Part shown: positions 48,460 through 60,559 of the stretch, one piece after another
Layout: every line of letters begins with the position of its first letter
How positions within the stretch are numbered: the stretch's first letter is position 1
Source: Hypanus sabinus
Lineage: Eukaryota
Direction: 5' to 3'
Length of the DNA: 64,000 bases
Assembly: GCF_030144855.1 (NCBI RefSeq)
Contig: NC_082721.1
Span: forward strand, 44,082,001 to 44,146,000
Position numbers and translations under genes: made by a program
Notes under the pieces: model-generated
Told to the model about the DNA's origin: nothing
Seen by the model: only the letters and a program-made list of their open reading frames with translations
Database searches by the model: none

Positions 48460-49185
48460 CGATAATAGGAGAAGACCGGAGGGGGTGGGGTGAAGCTGAG
48501 AGCCAGAAAGGTGATTGGCAAAAGGAATACAGAGCTGGAGAAGGGAATGGATACTGGGATAGGAAGCCTAGGGAGAACCAGAGGGACATGGAGAGCAGAC
48601 AGAGTGATGGGCAGAGAGAGAGAAAAAAAAAGGACGAGGGAACAAAAATCTAAATATATCAGAGATGGGCAACTCAGTTTGGAGGAACAACACCTAATAG
48701 ACCGGCTGGGTAGCCTCAAACCAGATGGCATGAACATTGACTTCTCTAACTTCCATTAATGCCCCTCCCCACTTCTTACCCCATCCCTGCTATATTTAGT
48801 TTTTCCCCCTCCTTTTTTTCTCTCAGTCTGCCCATCATTCTGCCTGTTCGCCATCTCCCTCTGGTGGTCCCCTGCCCCTTTCTTTCTCCCTACAGTCCCA
48901 TAATCCTTTGCCTTTTCCAGCTCTGTATCCCTTTTGCCAATCACCTTTCTGGCTCTCAGCTTCATCCCACCCCCTCCGGTCTTCTCCTATCATTTCGCAT
49001 TTTCCCCTCCCCCTCCTACATTCAAATCTCTTACTATCTTTCCTTTCTGTTAATCCTGATGAAGGGTCTCGGCCCAAAACGTCGACGGTGCTTCTCCAAA
49101 TAGATGCTGCCTGGCCTGCTGCGTTCCACCAGCATTTTGTATGTGTTGCTCGAATTTCCAGCATCTGCAGATTTCCTCGTGGATT
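48460..49185. mobile_element. Penelope 3' end with an inverted copy of its own tail
   Basis: 48461-48665 is the reverse complement of about 48790-48995; plus-strand LEEQHLIDRLGSLKPDGMNIDFSNF lies between the arms. Confidence 0.9.
49051..49088 (+). ncRNA. Penelope minimal hammerhead ribozyme relic (G12->A)
   Basis: TAATC CTGATGA AGGG TCTCGG CCC AAAAC GTC GACGG. Confidence 0.7.
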
Positions 49186-51303
49186 CGCTATTTTGCAACG
49201 CATGAAGTAAGTCGCATCTTCAGCGGCTCCACTTTTTTATATACTTTATATCCCACTGACAGACTCCTTTAAAGTTTGATGATTTATTACTTATACTGAA
49301 GGATTTACAATTTAATTACAATGGCCAAAAGACGCCGTTCTGGTATCGAACTGAGAAGCGGCAAGACTTTTCCAGAAACGGAGCAAACTGAACAAATCAA
49401 GAAAGCGGAGGAACCTGTTACTTTAGCAGGAATATTTTCTTCAATACAAGACATAAAGTTGGAATTCGGATCGCTTAACACTAAGATTGATAAGCCGACG
49501 GACTCCAATGCGAAGCTTGAAAAATCTATCTCTACTGTTCAAGATTCTCTGAAAAACTTGGACTTTCAACTTCAGATGCTTAAGCAGACGACAAACCGAA
49601 TCGAGAACGAACATGATCTATCCAGGCGAACTATTAAAGATCGAGGAATGAAGATCTCTTCGATGGAAATGAAAATCAATGAAATTACCTCGGAACTATC
49701 TAAAACGAAGAACAAAATGGTTGATTTAGATAGTAGAGGGCGTCAGAGGAATTTGTGTATTCTAGGACTACCTGAAAATACTGAATCTGGCGATCTGTTA
49801 AAATTCGTCTCAGATATGTTGTACTCACCTTTTAATGAGACCCTGGAAGCTAGCCCTTTAGTTGATAGAATTCCATAGAATTTAGTTGATAGAATTTAGT
49901 CCATAGAATTCCATTTTCTCGGCGTTCATCCGAATTACATCCTCGACCAATTGTACTTCATTTGCAGTATTATACAACCAAAGAAGCCATACTTCGAGAA
50001 GCCAGAAAAAAGCGAAAGATAACCTTTGAATCGACAGAGATTCGTATAGTTGAAGTTTATCCCCCTGAGATCTTTGCCGAAAGAAGGAAATACCGAGAAG
50101 TCATGAGTGAAATGTATAAATTAAATTTACACCCCTCCCTTTGGTATCCAGCACGGCCGATAATTTTTCCTGAAGGGTCTCAGTCACTGAGAATCTACTC
50201 TCCCCAGGAGCGATGGGAATACATTAAAAATCTTAACGTTAAGCCGATTACTGAATAAAATCATAAAGCCAAGCCAATTACTGAATAGGTAATTCTGATG
50301 TATGAGATGTTTATGGATCTCCTGAGTTAAGTTTATTCTATACTGTTTCAGTCTTTGGTATGGGACGCGGCTGATTAAACGTTTTAACTTATTAATAATT
50401 AGTATATTCATAATTGTTTTGTAGGGAACTCTTACAGTATTATACTCCAATGGTCCGTACAGGACCTGTCGTGTATTAATCTTTTTATTTCTTTTGTTTG
50501 TCTTAATACTAATATAGTTTTAGGTTTGTTACGTATATATACTCATTTATCCTGTTTTCTTTTTTGACAGAAAGAACTTTGTTTGTAATATTATTTGCTC
50601 GGAATTATTTTTCTTTGAATATGTGATTAAGATATTTTAGCTGATTTTAAGATGGCCATTGCCGATTATGTTTTCATTACTTTTAGACATAACATTGTAG
50701 TAGCTGAATTTTGTTTGTTCCTTTTATTATGGCTATTTTGGGTGGGGGTTTTGCTTGAGTTAATATATGTAGCTGCAAAATGGAGAATAGTGTCAAGGGT
50801 TATTTGTTTAGCATGTAGCCAGCCTATTGGTTACTGTTTATCTGACATTTTGGGAGAGGGAGGGGGCTAATAGAATAGGTTTTCTTTCTCGATTGGGCAG
50901 TTCTTTAATCAATTATTTTTTCGCAAATACGTCACTGCTTCTAGTTGTACCCGTGCCTTTTTGGATCAATCTGTGCTTGTAATATAGTTCTTCTATAAAA
51001 TATTAAATTAAATTTTAAACATGGATATTAATAAAATTAATATAATATCTTGGAATTGGAATGGTGTTAATCACCCCATTAAGCGTAAAAAGAATTTTAA
51101 GAAATTAAAGACACTTAACGCATATATTATTTTTGCGCAAAAAAATCATACACAGAAATAGGCTGAGGACAATTTTTTCAAATTTGGAAAGGCCCTTTGT
51201 TTCATTCGTTGACGACTAATAGAGTAAGAGGCGTGTCTATTTTTCTTAAGCATAAAATCACTTTTGTACATTTTAATACTATTATTGATTGAATTGGAAG
51301 ATA

Positions 51304-51464
51304 TGTGGCGACCCATTTCCTGGCACATCCGAACCGGCTCACAATTAGACAGGTTGAGGGAGGCTTAAAAGTGAGGCTGAGGATTTCGAATAAAGTTTTT
51401 TCCTTCGACTGCAGTTACCGACTCCGTGTCGTAATTTTAGCGCTGCGTGTAGCACACCGCTACA
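51304..51464 (+). mobile_element. Very short (161 bp) solo LTR with 4-bp TSD
   Basis: TGTGGCG...CGCTACA inverted termini, internal AATAAA, and GATA on both sides (51300-51303, 51465-51468); L1 endonuclease 'GRY|LIVT' continues across. Confidence 0.85.
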
Positions 51465-54400
51465 GATACTTAATTGTTACGCGAGCAAAAGGTATCTCTG
51501 GTGTGTGTATATACGCATCTAACGTAGAAAACTATAATTTCAAAAAAAACTTTTTTCTGAGCTACCGAATTTGAATGAATATATGTTGATCATGGGCTGT
51601 GACTATAATTGTTGTCTCAATCCGACAATTGACAGGTCATCAACTAATCCGTCACTTCCCAATAAAGCGGCGGCCTATATTAATTCTTTTTTACTAGAGT
51701 ATGGCCTGGTCGATATCTGGAAATATAAACACCCCAACGACAAAAAATTTTCTTTTTTCTCACACGTTCATCATAAGTATTCTTGAATTGATTACTTTTT
51801 TTTAGACTCACGTTTGCTACACTCCGTTGTTGAGTGTGCATATGACATCACTGCATTGTCAGATCACGCCCCTTTAAAGTTAACCCTGAAGTTTTCGGAT
51901 AGCCTTATTGAAAATGTTACAGTGGAGATTGAATACCGTATTGTTACAGAATCCAGCTTTTGTTAGTTTTATTAAGGAGCAAATTTCTATGTATTTTGAA
52001 TTTAATACAACGGAAGGAATGTCAAACCTGGTTATGTGGGACCCTTTGAAATCTTTTCTTAGGGGACAGATAATATCATACTCTGCAGCTTTGAGAAAGA
52101 AAACTAAAGCGGAATTGTCAGTGCTTATTAATAAAATTAGGGAGCTAGATAAACCATATTCAGTTAAACCTACTGAAGACCTATGTAAAGAAAGGGTCGA
52201 ACTTCAATCACAGTATGATTTGATTCTGACCTTTCCCATTGAAAGGCAAATTTTTAAATTAAAAGTTTATTTATATACATGGGGAAAAAATCTGGTAAAC
52301 GTTGGACAGGTCAGTTAATGGCTGGTATGGTTAGAAGACATTTTAAAAATTCGTAGACCAGATAGAATTGAATCCTTTGACCCTTCTGAAATTAATAAGA
52401 TATTTATGGATTTCTATTTTAAACTTTATAGATCTGAATTCACTGATAATACTATTATTATGAATAGATTTTTGCAGAAGTTAAATATACCTCATATTTT
52501 GTCTCAAGATTTTGATATATTAAAGGCACCGATCAAACAAGAGGAGATAGCCAAAGCTATATCCTCTATACAGTTAGGGAAAGCTCCGGGACCTGATGGT
52601 TATACGGTAGAATTTTACAAGACTTTTCATGAAATGCTTAAACCACATCTTCATCAAACATTTACTGATATTCTACCCTCTGGGAACCTTCCAAAAACTT
52701 TTAATGAGGCATTAATTTCATTGATTCCTAAAAAAGCAAAAGACCCACTGGAATGTGCATCCTCAAGAGCTATCTCTTTATTGAATGAAGATTTTAAAAT
52801 TTTCTCCAAGATTCTAGCTAATAGACTTGAAAATATTTTGACTAATGCCTTCTCAAATGATCAAACAGGATTTATTAAAAATAGGTACACATTTTAATAT
52901 TCGAAGACTGTTAAATATCATTTATTCCTCCTCGGTCAAAGAATCTGAATGTATTGTATCTCTGGATGCAGAGAAAGCTTTTGATAGGGAGGAGCGACCT
53001 TATCTGTTTCAGGTTTTGAAGAGGTTTAATTTTGGTCCGGGATTTATTTCTTGGATTAAATTGATTTATCATGCCCTGGTGGCTGCGGTTATAACTAATA
53101 ACCAAAAGTCTCCTTATTTTAGATTATATAGAGGAAACCATCAGAGTTGTCCTCTTAGTCCTTTATTATTTAATTTGGCTTTAGAACCACTTGCTATTGC
53201 TCTTAGGGATTCTAATTCTGTGCAGGATATTAAGAGAGGGGATAAATTACATAAGATTTTGTTATATGTGGATGATTTATTAGTTTACATTTCAAACCCT
53301 AGGAAATCTATTCCTTTTATGCTATCTATATTTATGGAATTTAGTATTTTCTCTGGATATAAACTTAACTTACATAAAAGTGAATTAATTCTATTAATAA
53401 TTATTCTGATTATTATGATCAAATACCTTTTAGTATTGCTAAAAACCATTTCACTTACCTTGGTATCAAAATTATTAAAAATTATAAAGACCTATATAAG
53501 TATAATGTTTCCCCTCTAATTGAATATACTCAACAAGCACTTTCTAAATGGTCGCCTATGTCAATATCATTAATTTGTCAAATAAATGCTGTAAAAATGA
53601 TTATTCTACCGAAATTTTTAGATACATTTAAAGCAGTTCCCTCTTTTGTTCCAAAAATATTTTCTGATAAAATAGATTCTACGATTTTGTCTTACATTTG
53701 GAATAACAAAAGCTCCAATGTGAATAAACTTTTATTGCAAAAATCAAGAAAAGATAGAAAAAGTCTTCAAAAAAAAGTCTTAGCAAATTTTAGATTTTAT
53801 TATTGGGCAATTAACATTCATTATATTACTTTTTGGATTCATGATATAGATAACCAGGATTGCCTTTCGTGGTTACATTTGGAGGAGAATTCAGTAATGT
53901 GTTTTTCTTTAGCTTCTTAATAAAGAAGCTCTGCTTCCTTTTTCATTCTCCAGAATAGATAGACAAGCTTTCAATCCTATTGTTAAACATACTTTAAGAA
54001 TTTGGTTTCAGTTTCATAGATTTTTTGAATTAAATAACTTTCTACTCTCCAGTAATATCTATTCTAATTTTTTTAAATCATAACTTTGGATAAGGCTTTT
54101 TTAACATGGAAAACTAAAGGAATAAAAACTTTTTTAGATTTGTTTTTACAGGATTGTTTAATGTCTTTTTCGCAATTAATGGATAAATATGATATCTCTA
54201 GTACACATTTTTTAGATACTTACAAGTTAGGAAATTTTTACATGATTTTCTACCGAATTATCCCTTGGCCTACCCAGCAAATTAAGCTTATGCTATTTTT
54301 CAGCTTAAACCATTTCAAACACTATTAATAGCTATTATTTATAAACAGTTAATAAATGCTCGCATGTTGCTAATGATAGGGTTCAATTCACTTGGGAAAT

Positions 54401-54967
54401 AGAGCTTCAACATTCACTTTCAGATGATCAATGGAGTAAAATTTATTATTTAGTTAATAATTCATCTATCTGTGCATGCTGTTCCTTAATTCAGTTTAAG
54501 ATAGTACACAGGGCCCATATGTCAAAAGATAAATTAACGCATATTTTTTCTAATATAAGCCTTACTTGTGACAGATGTAAAGCAGAAGTGGCTACTCTAA
54601 CTCACATGTTTTGGTCCTGTGTAAACTTAAATAATTTCTGGAGGGATGTGTTTAGAATATTATCCAAAGTTATAGGTGTGGATGTACAACCCAAATCACT
54701 CACGGCAATGTTTGGGATTATTCCAGAGGAAATAGGTAGAGTTTCGGCTTCCACTCAACATGTGATAGCCTTTTATAGTTTATTGGCTAGGAGAGCCATC
54801 TTGTTATACTGGAAAGATTCTAATCAGCCTACTATTTTTAACTAGCTCTCCTCCATTATGTCATGTTTAAGTTTAGAGAAAATTAGAAGCCAGACGTTTG
54901 ACACGTCTTTTAATTTTGAGCAAGTCTGGTGTCCCATTATCCAATATTTTCATATGATTTAATGCAG

Positions 54968-54998
54968 TTTATTTATTTATTTATTTATTTATTTATTT
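54968..54998. repeat. (TTTA)n microsatellite
   Basis: Read directly, in the L1 3' region. Confidence 0.9.
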
Positions 54999-55428
54999 TT
55001 CTTTATTTTCTACATGGAAAATTCTGTCTTATCCGTGAAGGTTCAGATGATGTTTTTCTCCTCATTATCTTTTAATTTTATCCTCAAATGGACTGCCCAA
55101 TCTTTCTTCTCTTTTAGTTTAGTATATTTTTTCCATTTATATAATAAAATTTCCAAATTTTTTATATGATTTGTTAAAAGGAGTTGTGATCTCTTGTTGA
55201 TATTGTATATAACAGCCTAACATTATACTTATCTGATTTTGACAATATATACTTTTTTGCTGTTTATATGTCTTTTGTATTATGTGTTTGCTAAAACTTC
55301 TCCTCTGATTTGTATATTTTTCTTACTGGAAAATCAATTAAAAAAGATTGAAAATGAAAATGCAGATTTCTTTGTGTATACCTATTGGGCGCTCAGACGG
55401 TCTCTGCCGTTCCCAGAGTGGTCAAGCC

Positions 55429-55434
55429 ACTTAC
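55429..55434 (-). promoter_or_regulatory. Candidate retroviral major splice donor (TGA|GTAAGT)
   Basis: Perfect +1 to +6 donor consensus about 25 nt downstream of the PBS, where retroviral leaders carry the splice donor. Confidence 0.5.
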
Positions 55435-55459
55435 TCAGCTCAGCACTCCCTCCATTGGG

Positions 55460-55477
55460 ATCCTATTTATGATGCCA
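55460..55477 (-). promoter_or_regulatory. Decayed primer-binding site, tRNA-Ser(CGA)-like
   Basis: TGGCATCATAAATAGGAT versus TGGCGTCACGAACAGGAT (tRNA end recalled, not looked up): 4 differences, all transitions, 3 at CpG positions. Confidence 0.65.
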
Positions 55478-55479
55478 AA

Positions 55480-56033
55480 CGTTAAGATAGAATTTGAATA
55501 AAACTCATGTGACCAACTTTTTATAATTACAACAGTTTATTGTGCACCTTCCTGAAGGAGTTTGAGACCAAGTTCTCAAAGGGAAGGCACCTAATTACTG
55601 CCACCATCTGACAAGTTGACACACTCTCTCAGGTTACAGCCATATATTTATACAGAGTAAGCCTCATACATTACTATTGCAAGATGTCATTTGAGCTGGA
55701 ACGCCCACCAAGTCTGTTGGGGCAAAACTTACAGATGAGAGAGTCTGCTAGATCAAGGCTTAATTACACATGAATGTGCTGTCCAGTCCTCATCAGTTAT
55801 TCCCTTTGCTAGGCCCTGACATAATTGCAGATAGAAGTTCATTCCTGTCTTTATCTGAGTCCTTCTCTCCCTACTCAAATCAGGGTACAATGTACAATGT
55901 TATCAAACTCTCAATCTCTCTCTGCAAACCAAGAGAGAACTAGTATAAGTTGGACTTAGCTGTTTAAAACAGAGTTTACTGCAGTTCAATAATTCCTATT
56001 CAGTCCCAATTATTCTTTTAGCCAGAGTTTACA
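55480..56033 (-). mobile_element. ERV-type 5' LTR (about 554 bp)
   Basis: On minus it starts TGTAAAC, has GTATAAATA (TATA-like) and then AATAAA (55537-55542), ends TCTTAACG and is followed by a PBS. Confidence 0.75.
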
Positions 56034-56587
56034 TAGGTTCAAAATGATTTTTTTATAATCTCCAATTCCTCAATGGCGCTTATAATGGTGAGTAGTGACC
56101 GAACAGCCCCGTTTGCAATCTCATTAGACGTTTCTCAGCCCGGTGTGGCAGTACGCTGTAGGACGGTGTTTATTTGGTTGACTCCATTCTCAGCTTTTTA
56201 CTCAAGATAGGGGAGGCCGTTGACAGATGGTGAGCATTGTATGAGGAGCGTGAAGTGCGTTATTCGAGAATTGAATTGACTCGCTGATTTTTATAGTTTA
56301 TTAACTGTTGTGACTTACAAACATTGCTTAAGGGCCAATGTGGCGATTTTTGAATTACAATCTTCCGAGTAATTTCATTGCACTCGTGCAACAACCGACA
56401 GAAAAAAGTCCGTCTTTGGCATAAAGCTCCTTATTAATGGGTTTTACATGGCCTGGTGAGCCAAGCTGTCAAATTCCATTGTTCCTCATCTATGGCAAAC
56501 AACTTATAAAATCAGCAATGGCTGCAGCAAAATTGAAAAAACACAACCACAAATCACAGCCTTATGACAGGTAAAAGAGCTGATTAT

Positions 56588-57930
56588 TCGTGGTTGCCAA
56601 GCCGTCGATCGCGATCGACTGGACGATCTTTGAGACTTCCCCAGTAGATCCCGAAATAAATTAAAAATAGCTAAACAAATACTGTTGAGAGATTGTTTCC
56701 AGGTTGCGGGGTTTTAGTTCCGTTCTTTCTGCCCAGTGTGCGTGTGTGTAGCTTCCCCGCACTACACAGTGTAATTCAACACGTACAAACAAACTGGATG
56801 AACTCAGCAGGTCGGGCAGCATCCGTTGAAATGCTGACTGCTGAGTTCATCCAGCTTCTTTGTACGTGTTGATTTGACCACAGCATCTGCAGCGTACTTT
56901 GTGTTTACACAGTGTAATGCAGTGGTCCCCAACCACCGGGCCGCGAGGAAACAGCTGCACCTCATTCCCTGTCTCGCCCACTGTTGAACTTGAATGCATG
57001 CGAGGTCATCAGTCGCCTAAACGCGGTGATACCCTCACACCAGGGATCACTGGTTCCCCACAGGCAGCCGGCGAGAACCGCCGATGCTACTGGCCCAGAG
57101 CGCGGCCGGCGGGAATTGCCGGTTGCTACCGGTCCGGAGCGCGGACAGATGGGCGCTGCCTCTAAACCTATTCACCACACTGAATGTTCGTGCGGAACCC
57201 GATGTCAAAATATTCGCAGATGATCTAATTTGGGCTCAGGGTTCCGGAAGTATCAGAGCAGCTACCGCGCTGCGATCCACTGAAACAAATTTTTGTCGGC
57301 CGATTGACCCTGCAAGGGGGGCGGGCGGGCGCCATGTCGCACTCCTCACTCGGTAGCTCTCTCCGGACTGGAACCGCCGCGGCTCCGGCACGGGGATCTC
57401 CGTCCCTGACCTTATCCTCTCACCCCACCCACGCCCAGCCACACCTGGCCAAGGCGGCGAGCGGGCGCAGGCTGTCTAATGAGGCAGTTAAGCTCTCAAA
57501 ACTGCTTTGGTACCCTGAGTCCAAGCACCCCGCACTTAAAGACAAACTCGCTGAGTTTTTGAGCCGAAAAAAAAGGTAGGCAAGCGGGACAGAAGCTTAG
57601 TGCCGAGAGCTGCTAAAACTACATTGCGGAATAGAAATGGGCATAAGGAACCTGCTTCGAGTATCACTATATTCCGGTCGTGTTTAACACTCCCCGCCCC
57701 CGTCGGCCGGTCGACAAGAATATCTTCAATATTAAACCGGTCCGCGGAGCAGAAAACATGTGGGTATCCCTGGTGTTTATACATTATTTCTACTTCCGAG
57801 TTGCGGGGTTTTACTTCCTTCTCTTCTGCCCCAGTGCGCATGCATGTAATTAATCGGTCTGGGGGTAGCTCTCACCTTTGACTTTGGCCGAGGTAGGGGA
57901 TCTTGGGCTTAAAAAGGTTGGTGACCACTA
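56588..57930 (+). mobile_element. hAT (Charlie/Buster-like) DNA transposon relic, internally deleted and composite
   Basis: Termini TCGTGGTTGCCAA ... TTGGTGACCACTA; BED-finger-region remnant LSNEAVKLSKLLWYPESKHPALKDK; a second TIR-like CAGTGGTCCCCAACC at 56920. No clean 8-bp TSD found. Confidence 0.7.
56776..56905. mobile_element. 130-bp Penelope-tail insertion with internal inversion and 13-bp TSD
   Basis: TACACAGTGTAAT at 56763-56775 and 56906-56918; arms 56777-56810 and 56838-56871 are inverted repeats with 2 mismatches. Confidence 0.85.
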
Positions 57931-58199
57931 TTTTAATCTATTGGAATCTCAAAACAAAAACAGTAAACCTTTTGTTAATAAATTCACAATCATTAAAAGG
58001 GTCAGGAAGCAAGTTACTTATTAGCAGAACTTATTATCCAGAAAAGGAAAAGCCACACAGTTGCTCATAACCTAATAATGCAGCATATAAAATTATCGTA
58101 AGCATAATGCTGTATCATGTGAAGTACACGAAATTGAAAAGTTTTCACGTTCTATGATATTTCTACAATTGCAAAGATTGGGAGGGAAGAAGAGTCCTC

Positions 58200-59110
58200 A
58201 GGAGCGACAGCACGATCGTTGTTGACTGTAGAATTCTGGATCTGCAGACTAGAGCAGTCGAGACACGAGAGCAGCTGGGATCAGACCCTTGGGTAGTCGG
58301 ATCCTTCCTGCGTCTCCTCTTATCTTCAGCAGCCACACTTCTGGATTCCGCAATATTCTTGTCTGCCCCGTGGACCAGCGCTCTCCAGCGGACTCTGTCA
58401 CAGGTCAGCTGCTGTCACTCTTTGACCTCGATATTTGCTGGAAGGAGCTGTTGCTTAAGTTGTTCTTTGTACCTCTTCCGCAGGACACCATGATCTCTCT
58501 AGCCCTGAGAGAATTCTCCACAGAGTACTGATTTTGATCACCTGGAGTTGTCCATGTGAGAAGCGTAGTCTGGCCATTGCAGCTGCCTGAGCAACAAATG
58601 GACATTGAGTCTTCTCCTGGACCTCGTTGTTGGAGATAGGATGTTGCCAGCTGATACTTATGATGGAGTGCAGGCAACACTGATGGAAGCGCTCAATCAA
58701 TCGGATTTGCTCGTAGTACAAGACCCAGGGTCGGGAGCAGTATAGAGATGTTGGGACCACCACAGCCCTGTACACATGGATTTTTGTGAACAGCCGTTGC
58801 TGGTAGTTCTTCCATGCACTTTCCAGAAGGCGCCCAAAGGCACTGGTAGCTCTGGCGATCCGATTGTTTGCGTCCCTTCCTGCTGTAGCGTCCTTAGAAA
58901 TGTAGCTGCCCAGATAAGTGATCTGCACAACCATAGAGACAGGGTGGTCATCAGTGTTGATCCAGATGTGCCGTAAATGCTACGAGGGGGCTTCTGCTGG
59001 AGGATCATTGTTTTCTTCAGACTGACAATTCACCCGAAAGCTCTTGCAGCCTTAGCGAACTGAGTGACTGCAGTCTGCAGTCTATGTGCTTCTATGTGCA
59101 TGAGAATAGC
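58200..59110 (-). mobile_element. RTE (BovB-like) LINE 3' fragment
   Basis: TYLGSYIS..A...D.NNRIARATSAFGRL...W and TKIHVYRAVVVPTSLY motifs. Confidence 0.85.
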
Positions 59111-59115
59111 ACATA

Positions 59116-59905
59116 AAGTGGCATGGAAAAGTTTCGGCATCCCTGGTCAACACTTGTTACTATGAATAGCTAAGCAAGTAAAAGATGAACTGATTTCCAA
59201 AAGGCATAAAGTTAAAGATGATACATTTCTTTAATATTTTAAGCAAGAAAACTTTTTTATTTCCATCTTTTACAGTCTCGAAGTAACAATAAAGTAAAGG
59301 TACCCACAGTAAAAGTTTGGGCACCCTGCATGACAGTACTTAGTAACACCCCCTTTGGCAAGTATCACAGCTTGTAAACACTTTTTGTGGACAGTTAAGC
59401 GTTTTGTAATTCTTGTTTGGGGGATTTTAGGCCATTCTTCCTTGCAAGAGGCTTCTTGTTCTGTGATACTCTTGGGCCATCTTGCATGCACTGCTCTTTT
59501 GAGGTCTATCCACAGATTCCCAATAATATTTAGGTCAGGGCACTGTGAGATCCATGGCAAAACCTTCAGCTTGCGCCTCTTGAGGTAGTCCATTGCGCAT
59601 TATGAGGTGAGTTTAGGATCTTCAGCTTTTTTTTTACAGATGGCGTGATACTTGCTTCCAGAATTTGCTGGTATTTAATCGAATTTATTCTTCCCTCTAC
59701 CAGTAAGTGTTCCCTCTGCCACTGGCTGGAACACAAGCCCAAAGCATGATCGATCTACCCCCGTGCTTAACAGTTGGAGAGAGGTTCTTTCAATGAAATT
59801 CTGCACCCTTTTTTCTCCAAACATACCTTTGCTCATTGCGACCAAAAAGTTATATTTTAACTTCATCATTCCACAGGAATTGTTTTCAAAATGCATCAGG
59901 CATGT
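59116..59905 (-). mobile_element. Tc1 (IR/DR-type) transposon 3' part
   Basis: WISQCPDLNIIGNLW...AKGGVTKY and a KHGG region; outer DR TA-AAGTGGCATGGAAAAGTTT (59114) and inner DR AAAAGTTTGGGCACCC (59311-59326). Confidence 0.88.
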
Positions 59906-59909
59906 TTAC

Positions 59910-60550
59910 ATGTTCCTTTGAACCTTTTGAATGGAACATTTTGCCTTTTGGAAATACTATTTCAGTAGTTTTGCATATTGATTTACAGCCTCATCCTATT
60001 ACTGCAATTTTTGGATTACCAGAGATGGACTCTAATCAGTTATCCCTTTCAGCTTGCCATTTGATTGCATTTGTTACATTAATAGCCAGAAAATCCATTT
60101 TATTTATATGGAAAGACTCAATGCTTAAACTTGGAAAAAATTAGGAGTGGCACTATCGACCCTTTAGTCAAATTTGAAGACACTTGGAGACCATTTATTC
60201 AACATTTTCATATGATGTAAACTGATCTTTTCTGAATCCTTTTCAAAAACTTTTTGTAGAAGAGCGTAGTTAATGACAAATAACGATTTTAACCGATGAA
60301 ACAAGGCAGCCCAGCTTTGTTTTGTTTTTTTTTACTCTGTTTTTTGTTAGTTTAGAGTTTTTTGTAAGAATATGTTTTCTTTGAATCTTTTTAAACTAAA
60401 GTTACTAGGAGATTGGGAGGCTCAGATTATACATGTTACTCGGAGACTGTTTATGTATAAGTTAACCATTGTTAATGTAATCCCGATCTCTTTGTTTCAC
60501 TATCATTGTTATCTTTATCTATTTGAAATTTAATAAAAAGATTGATAAAG
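59910..60550 (+). mobile_element. L1/Tx1 3' end fragment
   Basis: LIAFVTLIARKSILFIWK motif; ends AATAAAAAGATTGATAAAG like the L1 tail at about 55320. Confidence 0.75.
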
Positions 60551-60559
60551 ATGAATGAA

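Larger units (their letters stand above)
49190..55355 (+). mobile_element. Near full-length L1/Tx1-clade LINE (ORF1 49321-50258, ORF2 about 51080-54960), pseudogenised
   Basis: ORF1 coiled coil with LDSRGRQRNLCILGLPE and L.LHPSLWYPA; ORF2 ISWN, KAPGPDG, SLDAEKAFD, LLYVDD and CDRC..HMFWSC; A-rich end. Confidence 0.92.

Noticed and set aside
56765-56792. CACAGTG heptamer with an A-rich stretch 12-13 nt later, as a possible RSS
   Set aside because: Poor nonamer, no adjacent J or V coding sequence, and the heptamer is part of the TSD of a Penelope insertion in an hAT relic.
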